Virus record (IMG/VR): IMGVR_UViG_3300037479_000183
Source: a virus
Length of the DNA: 64,000 bases
Strand: one strand, 5' to 3'
Shown: positions 40,406 to 48,789 of the stretch, one piece after another
How positions within the stretch are numbered: position 1 is the stretch's first letter
Layout: every line of letters begins with the position of its first letter
Made by a program: the position numbers and the translations under genes
Notes under the pieces: generated by a model
The model's database searches: none
What the model was told of the DNA's origin: nothing
What the model saw: the letters and a program-made list of their open reading frames with translations, nothing else

Positions 40406-41824
40406 CTACTTTCGAGTCTTTTTCGACTTGCGGGCCTTGGGCTTGCCCTTCCCGCGCTTCGGCTTCTTTTGTGCTCGCACGGCTTCGCACTTGGCGCAAC
40501 AACACCAAAGCTTAGGCCGCCTGACGTGAAGCCCCAAGACGGCGAAGCATCCTTCCGGCTTCTGTGGGTTCGGCTTCGACGGAAGGCACCACTCCACGCC
40601 GGGGCAATGGGCCGCCTGATGCTTGCGGTTTCTCGCCCGCAACTTGGTGATGCTTCCCGGTTTCTCCCGTTCAAGCACCAACCAAGACGTCGGTATCTTC
40701 CGGTCGATTGGCGAGAGGACGCCGTGAAGGGTTCCGCGCTTCCCTTCCACGTCATACGCGATGCTCCCATCCTCTAGGTTGATGGCAGATACCCTTACTT
40801 GCCCCCAGAGGTCGCGTAGTCCCTTCGGGCCGGGCGAAGGCATCCGACTTAGGGCGGCGTCATAGACGATTTGCCTTCCCGTCTTGTTTGCGTTTCGTGC
40901 GCGGTGAAGGTTCGCCACAATCCACGCCGGAACGTCGGTAAGGCGCACCTTACGCAACTCCGCCGCTATCTTAGGGTGTCCAATCCTCTCAAGCCACCCT
41001 TCGACCTTCCGCCCCGTTTGGGTCGCATCGACGCCCGCAAGCACTCGCCGGAACCTCTTGATGCTTCCCGCCGCCGCCACCTTGGGGATGGGTTGGCCCG
41101 CAAGATAGGCGAGGGGTCGCCCTTGAGGGGCGGCGATTGCGTAGATGCGTCGGTCTGCTTGCTGGCCCGCCAAGCCTTCGGCCAAGGCCGCCGCTTCTTC
41201 GGCGTCAAAGTCGCCTTCATTGTCGGCTAGGATGGCTTTGGCCCTCTCGCCCGCCGCGTCTAGGCCGCGTTCCGCCAAGTAATCGACGGTTCCATCATCG
41301 GCACTAGCGTGTATGTTGGCGGTTTCTTCCCACTCCACGCCAAGCACTTTACCGCCGTTCATCGGCACGTCAGCCGAGCACCTGACGACACTTCGACGCC
41401 CGACGCTTACCGAATGGTCACAACCGGGGCGAGAGCATTTCGTCATATCGTCCTTACTCTCTAGCCGAGAGCAACGGCTAACGACAAACGACTCCGTGCT
41501 TCGCACTTCGCGGTTAGTGTTGATGCTAACCCACTTGCCATCTACTAGCTTCCCGCCCTTCTTGGCGTCCTTTACCGCCTTCGCGTAGATGGCGGCGAAA
41601 GGCACCGTTTCATCTTTCGGGATGCGGGCCTTGGCCTGAAGCACCGTCGCCTTCCAGCCTTCGGGGCTTGGCGTGATTATCACGCGGCCCTCTCGCGCAA
41701 GGGCGGCGGCGGTTCGCGGGAACCACTCGCCCGATTTCGCTTTCGACGTAGCCGCTACCAACACAGCCACTAGCAAGCACAGCGGCCCGAGTCCTGCTAG
41801 CGCGCTTCCGATTTCTGCCGACAT
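40406..41824 (-). CDS. 472-aa basic hypothetical protein with Cys/His clusters
   Basis: Long ORF with an AGGTG RBS, upstream TATA cluster and downstream TTTCCTTCTT tract. Confidence 0.7.
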   Translation of the reverse strand: MSAEIGSALAGLGPLCLLVAVLVAATSKAKSGEWFPRTAAALAREGRVIITPSPEGWKATVLQAKARIPKDETVPFAAIYAKAVKDAKKGGKLVDGKWVSINTNREVRSTESFVVSRCSRLESKDDMTKCSRPGCDHSVSVGRRSVVRCSADVPMNGGKVLGVEWEETANIHASADDGTVDYLAERGLDAAGERAKAILADNEGDFDAEEAAALAEGLAGQQADRRIYAIAAPQGRPLAYLAGQPIPKVAAAGSIKRFRRVLAGVDATQTGRKVEGWLERIGHPKIAAELRKVRLTDVPAWIVANLHRARNANKTGRQIVYDAALSRMPSPGPKGLRDLWGQVRVSAINLEDGSIAYDVEGKRGTLHGVLSPIDRKIPTSWLVLEREKPGSITKLRARNRKHQAAHCPGVEWCLPSKPNPQKPEGCFAVLGLHVRRPKLWCCCAKCEAVRAQKKPKRGKGKPKARKSKKTRK

Positions 41825-42084
41825 ACTTAGGCACCTCTGACGACGATAGGCGGTATGAGTATAAATAGATTTGCCCGCCGCCCGACGTAGGCCCGCAGGC
41901 CGCCTTCGCCCGCGCCGATATATAAACTTCTCCCCTATATAAACTTATGCCTGCCTGCCCGTCGTCCATTTGTGAGAACAACGCTTACGAATATAAACTT
42001 TTGCCCGTCCGACACTCGCCCGCGCTGTGTCCGACACCCATCAGCCAAGCCCGGCCTGCCTGTCAGACAAATGGCGGCCCGGCC

Positions 42085-42180
42085 TGTTATATAAACTTAT
42101 GCTCTTTACATTTGTAAAGTTATATTCAAATGGTTTTTATAAAAATGTTACAATATTAATTTTACAATTGTAAAGTTGGA
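42085..42180. promoter_or_regulatory. AT-rich island with palindromes; candidate replication origin or operator cluster
   Basis: TTTACATTTGTAAA 42105-42118, TTTTTATAAAAA 42134-42145 and TTTACAATTGTAAA 42161-42174, inside GC-rich flanks. Confidence 0.5.
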
Positions 42181-43475
42181 GCGTCAGACAATCGTCAGAA
42201 TAAGCGACTTTTATAATAATCACAGAATCCGACTAACTGCGTTCCGGGATTTTACGTCAAGACTTGACGATTCGGTATTTAAACCAATCGGCGGGCCTTT
42301 TCGTCGCCGCTAGAGATGTCTGACAGTGAAAATCGTTTTTCCACAGTCTTTCGACGGTCGCCGCCAAGGGCTAGGGCTTCCCCTAGTCAGGGGCGGGCCG
42401 CCCGTTAGTCGTCGGGCGCTTCAGGCCCATTCCCGTTAGGGGGCAAATGACTCTGACGGAAGCCTTCGGCTTCTGCTGAAACAGTCCCCCGAGGGAATCC
42501 GTAGCGATGCGGATTCGGCGCTTCCGAAAGAAAACGGATTCGTCGGAATCGACCTGAAGGTAAACAAAGGTATAGGCTGGAAATGAGCCAGCCTGCCATC
42601 CCGCAAGAGAGGTGCGAAATGTCGCCCAATCTTGGCCTTGACGATTCATTTTCGTGGCTAGAGGGATTACCAGAACGCCACCATATCCCCCGGAACGGAA
42701 AGGCCCGGCCTCGGACTCGGAGGCCGCAAGCGTTCCGTTCTGAGCAGTATACCATTTTGGGGATACTGCTGGCCCAATAGTAGAGAGGCCCGGCAATACT
42801 GCCCGGCCAATGGGCCTGATTGGGGGTCAGCGGAGCATTGACCGGCCCCGCCATCGCGCAAGCCCGTAAGGGCTGGCCGGCCAATTGTAAGAGCGCCCTA
42901 TCAGGACTCGGCGGCTAGGCAGGCCGGAAGCAGGCAACCGGGCCGAGCGTTTTTTGGTGGGCAGGCGTGGGTGTTTATAAAGGCTTAGACCCCACCCTAA
43001 CGGATTCGGAAGTAAACAGGGTATTTAAACTACCCGCCCGCCTAGGCACCTCGCCGGGCCTTGCCCAACAGGGCTTGCCCGGCCTTTCCTTTTATGGCAA
43101 GCATAAATGAAATCGTCGAGGCCATCCACGCGGCTTGCCGTCAGGCGGCCATACCGGAGGCCAAAGGCGGGCTTGGCGAGGACTTGGCATACCAAGTCTT
43201 GCTTCGCTTGCTTGGGGACTTCGGCAAAGCGGCCAAAAGGCGGTATGCCGCGATGGAGTGGGAGAGGCCGATTATCGTCGGCCTTGGGTTGGAAGCCTGT
43301 ATCGGTTGAAACCGGGCTCGGCTACTAACGGACACAGCACGGTGATTTACTCTTACCGTTAGGCGGCTAAGGCCGCCAAAAGTCGCAGACTTTATGCTTA
43401 ACGATGGGCCGGGTCGGTTCTTCGTTAAGAAAGTCCCCGGTGGGGACTTAGTGCCAAAACACGGAGCGTGCGAAA

Positions 43476-43958
43476 ATGGCGAAGGAAGCGGAGAATCTGC
43501 TGGCGATGTCCAGCGGTGTAAAGCGCGTGGAAACGAAGAATGTGCGGAAGGAGGACGAGTTCGAGGCCAAGATGAAGGCCGCCGGAGTCCTTGAGGTCGG
43601 CTACCGCCGAACCAACAAGGGCAAGGAGGACAAGTCCACCGCCTATCTGACCCTCTCGCAAGAGGTGCTTCAGGAGGAGGAGGACAACGGTGGCAACGCC
43701 AACCAGCTCGTTCTGAAGGCGGTTGCGACGGTGCGGAAGGACAAGCAGGGGGACTACAAGATGTCGTCCTTCGGCTTCGGGATTTCCGGTCGCCGCAAGG
43801 ACAAGGACGAGAAGGAGTGGGTCTGGACTCGGGGAATAGTGTTGCGCCCCGAGCAGATGCGGCTCCTCATCGCCGAGGGCGGGGAAAGCGTGGCGGTCAA
43901 GAAGGTCGCCACGGACGCCGTGAAGCCCCTCAAGGCGATTCAGGCCGTCCTCGCATAG
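43476..43958 (+). CDS. First gene of the rightward unit; possible PC4/whirly-like ssDNA-binding protein
   Basis: FGFGISGRRK..WVWTRGIVLRPEQMRLLI resembles PC4-like folds; hairpin plus TTTCCTTCTT downstream. Confidence 0.4.
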   Translation: MAKEAENLLAMSSGVKRVETKNVRKEDEFEAKMKAAGVLEVGYRRTNKGKEDKSTAYLTLSQEVLQEEEDNGGNANQLVLKAVATVRKDKQGDYKMSSFGFGISGRRKDKDEKEWVWTRGIVLRPEQMRLLIAEGGESVAVKKVATDAVKPLKAIQAVLA

Positions 43959-43994
43959 ACGCGTCGGCGTCTTAACGATTTTTCCTTCTTACCT

Positions 43995-44085
43995 ATGCCT
44001 CTGGTTGTGGGTCATACCACCGTGAGGCAACCGTATGTCGGTGTATTACCAGCCCGGTGAGGGACATACCCAAGTAGACGGGCAT
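43995..44085 (+). ncRNA. Candidate structured RNA with tandem three-way junctions
   Basis: Closing helix ATGCC/GGCAT; inner helices GGTTG/CAACC and GTATGTC/GACATAC, each enclosing two short hairpins, one GTGA-capped. Confidence 0.45.
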
Positions 44086-44119
44086 CATTCCTTAGCGGAG
44101 TGGGGAGCCACCTTTAGCC

Positions 44120-44155
44120 GCGCCGCGTGTATCCGGGTTCAAATCCGGCGGCGCA
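44120..44155 (+). ncRNA. tRNA-like minihelix (acceptor-like stem plus T-loop only)
   Basis: GCGCCGC/GCGGCGC 7-bp stem enclosing CCGG-GTTCAAAT-CCGG; no D or anticodon arm. Confidence 0.45.
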
Positions 44156-44157
44156 CT

Positions 44158-44639
44158 ATGCCGTTTGACTACAAACGCGACAACAGGCATACGGGAATGG
44201 ATGGATTCCCACCCGATAATGATTGTGGTTGTTGGGATTGTGCGGCGATGGGTTGCGGAATGGGAGTCATACCTGACGACAATTCCTGTCAAGAGAATTG
44301 TAGAATCTGTAATCCCAAGGAGAAATGAACGTGGGGCTTTACGACACCTTCATAGATGGCGAGCAAGAGGAGCAGGTAAAGGCGTTCAACCCCTCTTTGC
44401 GCGTCTATCGCATTGGGGATGTGGTTGATACCGCAGGCCTGCCCAAAACGTGCGTGATTGCGATTCCCGATTACTCCAAACCAGCGGCGGAAGGAATCGA
44501 AGGCTTGCTACCGGGAAAGCGGTATGCGGTGAAGTGTTTTGTCATTATCGAAAATGGCATCTTCATTGGAATCAAAAAGTATGGCCCCGATGGGATTATC
44601 GTGTTTGATAAATGGGGCGGCACAATTCCGAAGAATTGA
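44158..44639 (+). CDS. Cys-rich 56-aa ORF (44158-44328) and a 104-aa hypothetical protein (44325-44639)
   Basis: ATGA coupling; CGCWDC..C..C..CxxC. Confidence 0.6.
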
Positions 44640-44904
44640 TGCCCTGCCGTAAGGCGGCGAGCCGAGAGGCCGCCGCGTGATATTACTGTGGGGTTTCCGT
44701 GCGGCGCAGACCTTAAAGATTGGGTGGAAAGCGCTAAGGCTGGAACAGAGTCCCAACAAAATCCAGCTCCCTCTCCGTGGCTTTACCACAGGATTCCAAA
44801 CTTACCACCCCATCCGTTGCCGTGGATTCGGTTGGATGAAGGACAGGGATATATTGGAAATGTGAAGCCGCCTCACCTCGGCGGCTTTCACAGAACGGGG
44901 CATC
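44638..44904 (+). ncRNA. Candidate ~265-nt multi-hairpin ncRNA
   Basis: Closing helix GATGCCC/GGGCATC; GCC-GTAA-GGC and GCC-GAGA-GGC GNRA hairpins; CCTTA/TAAGG, GCTGGA/TCCAGC, CATCC/GGATG and GAAGCCGCC/GGCGGCTT stems. Confidence 0.5.
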
Positions 44905-45041
44905 CCTGCTTTCCATTTAGCAAAAGGTGAAAGGATGGACACTTGCCGGATTTGCGGACTTGAACACCTGCTTACGGACTATCTCTATTTTCCCGAAGCC
45001 TGTATTGCCACGCTTGGAAAGAGGTTGAAGGAATTAGAGAA

Positions 45042-45114
45042 GGGCGCATAGTATAGTTGGTCAGTATGCCGGACTGTCTATCCGGCGACGAGGGTTCGAA
45101 TCCCTTTGCGCCCG
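45042..45114 (+). tRNA. tRNA-Asp(GTC)
   Basis: Acceptor GGGCGCA/TGCGCCC, anticodon arm CCGGA-CTGTCTA-TCCGG, T arm GAGGG-TTCGAAT-CCCTT, G73; no CCA. Confidence 0.93.
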
Positions 45115-45544
45115 TATGTCCGTGTCGAAACCACAAATAGAGGAGCCGCTATACTGCCGAGCTTGCGGGCGATATGGGACTTTCAATCCTTATTGTAATC
45201 GGTGCTATGAATCCTCTCCAAGAGGGGGTTGGTTCAGCCTTCCTAATATCTTCTGCCCCCATTGTGGAATGAAGAAAACAGGAGTGGAAACGTGTCCGAA
45301 AACTGTGAAGCCCCACTAGGATTCTTCAGAAAACTTGCTATCAGGACTCGCATCAGGCTAACAGAGCGCCGCTTTGAGCGCGCAATCCTACGAGGCGACC
45401 CGCGAGCAGGTGAGCATTTCGCGGCGTGGAATGAAGCCCTTACGCTACTGAGGTTATTCAAATGACGCCGCCTAAAGGCGCACTCATTTTGGTCGTTGCG
45501 ACAATCGCCGCCGCCATTATCATCCATCTAATCAGGTGAAAGAA

Positions 45545-45682
45545 ATGCCCGGCGCACTGTGTTCAGCCTGCCAGCAAGCCCAAGGCAGGCAGGCTTGCCC
45601 GCATCTGCCCGGCTTTGCCTGCCAGCGAATCGCCGGGCAAAAAGGATTCATTCCAATTCTATGCTGTTGCCGAGGCAACTAG
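45545..45682 (+). CDS. 45-aa Cys-rich peptide (not in ORF track)
   Basis: AGGTGA RBS; MPGALCSACQQ..C..C..ILCCCRGN. Confidence 0.5.
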   Translation: MPGALCSACQQAQGRQACPHLPGFACQRIAGQKGFIPILCCCRGN

Positions 45683-45689
45683 CGAGCCT

Positions 45690-45762
45690 GCCAGCGTAGC
45701 TCAACGGTAGAGCGTCCGGCTGTTAACCGGAAAGTTATAAGGTTCGACTCCTATCGCTGGCG
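45690..45762 (+). tRNA. tRNA-Asn(GTT), T-stem with a 1-nt bulge
   Basis: Acceptor GCCAGCG/CGCTGGC, D arm GCTC/GAGC, anticodon arm TCCGG-CTGTTAA-CCGGA, T loop TTCGACT; no CCA. Confidence 0.88.
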
Positions 45763-46756
45763 TAACGGCTGATGTATTATGGGTAGAATCTACAATAGGA
45801 AAAGCGGAGATTCGGGCTACTATAACAACAACCGTAAGCCGCATCACTTTTCACCAAGCCGTGGCAAAACGAAAAGCCGCCGGCCCGGCCCGGCCAAACT
45901 CAAAAGGGGGAAGGGGTGGAAAGAAGTGTTTGTTGCGACGAAAGAGGGATACATTGACATCAGAATACGACGGACACAGCGGCGCGTGTAGATGCGGCGC
46001 TTGCTTAGAGGCGTGGAGCGCGATTGGGCGGTTTGCCCAAACGATGGGGGATTACCGCCGCGCGTGGCGGGCGTTTGTAGCGGCCAAAGGAATCACCGAA
46101 GCGGGAAGGTATGTTCAGGAGAGGATGATTTGACCGCAACTTGGAGAGTCGCGGCTAGCTTCGTTGGGGGCATTGCCATATTTGTTGGCGTGGTTGCTGA
46201 TAGCTGGAAGATTGCCCTAATGGGAATAATGTTACAAATGTGGTCAGCCTACGATTTAGCATATGAGGCGCGATATGGGCGATGAATACCTTTACTTCAT
46301 TCAGCAAGGACTTGGCCACGATGAAGCGGAATGGGCGGCGGCTTTGGTCGCCGAGTTGGTTGAAGGGTTAACGTCGATGGAAGGGGTGGTAAATGCTGCC
46401 AAGCTGGATATGCGACCCTAATTGCCTTAACTGCGGTGGGAAGGGGAAGATTCCATACGAAAGTTATGGTATCAAAAGCAACTACCTTTGCCCCGTCTGT
46501 GTCAAGTTTCCCCCGAGAATCAACTACGAGGCTTACGATGAAAACGATTGAGCAATTCTACTTCGCCAAGTGGCGGCCTATCGGATTCTTCACCGGAAGT
46601 GCGGAGTGGTATTATGGAGAAGTGGAAAGATTCCCCGAACATAGTTGAATATAGAGGTCAAATCCTGACTGTGCCGGATGTAACGGTCATTACGCTTGAC
46701 GAGTTGACACAGGGCGAGATTGAGTTTCTACTACAAAATGAAAAGGGCGAGGAAGA

Positions 46757-47197
46757 ATGACCTGTAAAATTGAAGTGTTCAACGGGTTGAAGTATCAGTA
46801 TCACTCATCGTGCCGGGGAAGGTGTTTCCCAACAGCGCAAGAGGTGGCGGCCTGCCTAAGCGATGCTGGCCCACAAAGGGAGATAGATTTGGCCCGGCTA
46901 ACGCTCTGTGTGGAGAACAGCGGGGTATTTATCACGGTTCGCAACAAACGAAAGCGGTTGGTGGGATTCCTGCGAGCCATCACCGATTGGACTTACTGTG
47001 CTTATGCTTGTAGCGCGGCTGTTCTGCCTCGCTATCGAAGGCGGGGAGTGTGGCGCAAGATGAATGACGAGTTGCGCCGGATTCTAGGGCCGGGAGTTAC
47101 AATCCTAGCCCTCAGTCGCACAGAAAGCGCTCCATATTTCCCGGCTATTGGATTTCAGCAAGCCAAACGAGCGTGGATAATTCCAAGGGTGAGATGA
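46757..47197 (+). CDS. GNAT-family N-acetyltransferase
   Basis: LVGFLRA..AAVLPRYRRRGVWRKM (acetyl-CoA motif A)..YFPAIGF. Confidence 0.88.
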   Translation: MTCKIEVFNGLKYQYHSSCRGRCFPTAQEVAACLSDAGPQREIDLARLTLCVENSGVFITVRNKRKRLVGFLRAITDWTYCAYACSAAVLPRYRRRGVWRKMNDELRRILGPGVTILALSRTESAPYFPAIGFQQAKRAWIIPRVR

Positions 47198-47662
47198 ACG
47201 ATGAAGCCAAATCTGCCAGCGATTGAAGCGTTTGTATTGGAAAAGCACAAAGTTGTGGGCCACGACGCGGCGTTGCGGTGGATAGCCGCGCCCGCTGTGA
47301 TAACCAACATCGACAACGAACCTTTGCGGCTGGCCTTTATCGCCGAAGTGGAACACAAAACTTCATACGGATTTGAAGTAGAAGTGGCGAGCCATCAGGT
47401 TTCGATTGAGTTGGCAAAGGCAAGAGGTTGGATATGACACATACGCTAGCATCCATCAAGTTCGCCGTGTGGTGTGATGATTGTTCGGGTGGTGGTTACG
47501 AGCCGTATTGTATAGTCAATACGCTTGAAGAAGCGGAAAGGGAGAAGAAACAACACGACAAATGGCATAGGAAGTGAAATATGTTTTGCGAACAATGTTG
47601 GGATGACCACATCCCAATTCTGTCCAGCGGAACGTGTAAGTGTCGCTGTCATAGAGGTGGAT

Positions 47663-47739
47663 GAGGGTTTTAGTGTATTGGTAATGAAGCACGGGAGTCT
47701 GTGGAACTCTCAGCGGGGGTTCGATTCCCCCAGACCCTC
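47663..47739 (+). tRNA. tRNA-His(GTG) with genome-encoded G-1:C73
   Basis: 8-bp acceptor GAGGGTTT/AGACCCTC, anticodon arm GGAGT-CTGTGGA-ACTCT, T arm GGGGG-TTCGATT-CCCCC. Confidence 0.92.
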
Positions 47740-48387
47740 CTTATGAATAAACCACAGCGCAAACCTGCCGAGCCTTACGAAACGGATTTGGATGAAAAGA
47801 ATGAAGATGAGGATTACGAACCCGTTTAACCCAAAGTTGTAAAAAGAAGGGAAGGATATGCCGAATTGCCTTGCTTGTAGTGTGGAAGTCGAAGATGAAG
47901 GCCCGGCCCTAATTGGCCACCTTGAGGATAACCCGAAGTGCGCGGAGAAGTGGAGTTGGTGGTTGGTGGAGCTTGCCAATGATACGAGGGGGGCGTAGAT
48001 GAATCCGCTAGATGAAGCAAGGCGGCAGGAATTGGAAAGGCGCATCCTTACAAATGAGGCCGCCATTGAACGCCTTTGCGACGCTATTCGCATTACGAAA
48101 GACGAAACAAAGAAGAAGGAAATGTTCTGCCGAATTGGCACTATCGTAATCGCCAATCGCACGATTAAAGAGTTTTTGAGGAGCAAAGAGGATGAAGATG
48201 TGGCGTTGCCAATCTGACCACGAACATCCCACTTTTCAAGAAAAGCTTGATTGTGATGTCGCAACCGCCCGCTGGCTGGCCAAGTTTTACGGAGTCGATA
48301 CAACCGACTTGCCTGCCTGCGGCGGCGTAGCGTTGGTTGGCGCAAAGAAATCCAGTCAAGAGGAATGGATAGAGGAGCCGGAAGTCG

Positions 48388-48789
48388 ATGAGTCTGAGGA
48401 GTCTGATTGACATAGCAATCCGGGCCGCTTCGCGCAGTAATATGCGCCAGCGCCACGGCGCGGCCTGCCTTACCTATAAAGGTAGCATAGTTTATGGGTG
48501 GAATTGGCGAGCTGAAGGCAAGTTGAATCCGCACACGGCCCGGAAGTTGGGCTATCACGATTACTCCATTCACGCAGAAGTTGCCGCAGTTATGGAAGCT
48601 ATCGCTTGTGGTGAGCATCCGAAAGAGGTTTTGGTTATCCGCCGGATGCGAAGCGGCTTGTTCGGCCTCAGTCGCCCCTGCGGAGCCTGTATGGGGGTTT
48701 TGGAGTGGGCGGGAGTAAGGCGGGTTTATTATTCCAGCGGCCCGAATACGATTGAAGAAGTTCACCTAACTAGGGAAGTGAAGAAATGA
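48388..48789 (+). CDS. Zn-dependent cytidine/CMP deaminase-fold protein
   Basis: IHAE ... SRPCGAC. Confidence 0.9.
   Translation: MSLRSLIDIAIRAASRSNMRQRHGAACLTYKGSIVYGWNWRAEGKLNPHTARKLGYHDYSIHAEVAAVMEAIACGEHPKEVLVIRRMRSGLFGLSRPCGACMGVLEWAGVRRVYYSSGPNTIEEVHLTREVKK

Larger units (their letters stand above)
36381..41824 (-). other. Early-gene-like array of short, individually promoted minus-strand genes
   Basis: ORFs include 36381-36767, 36868-36963 (acidic 31 aa), 37059-37241, 37310-37480, 37632-37925, 38113-38367, 38805-38987, 39064-39357, 39443-39622 (HTH-like GGTQAEIAARF), 39719-40099 and 40406-41824. Most start 20-40 nt downstream of a TATA box. Confidence 0.75.

Noticed and set aside
36700-42200. 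Repeat-spacer-like appearance suggesting a CRISPR array
   Set aside because: The repeats are degenerate promoter/operator motifs at irregular spacing (20 to over 1000 bp) with ORFs between them. There is no constant 25-45 bp repeat, and the only Cas-like gene is a stand-alone Cas4.
44638-44904. Group I intron or RNase P RNA identity for the structured RNA
   Set aside because: Only fragmentary resemblances (CAGAG, GGATATA, ACAGAAC). I could not build P3/P7 or the P4 pseudoknot, and it does not interrupt a gene.
45545-45640. TGCCCGGCG/CGCCGGGCA stem as another ncRNA
   Set aside because: It coincides with an RBS-preceded Cys-rich ORF whose GC-rich codons can explain the pairing.
43900-47800. 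tRNA-Tyr(GTA) completing the GUN set
   Set aside because: I found no cloverleaf with a GTA anticodon; the GTA in the minihelix linker is not in an anticodon arm.
47710-48765. 351-aa minus-strand ORF
   Set aside because: It is antisense to tRNA-His, several coupled plus-strand genes and the deaminase, and has shadow-like composition.
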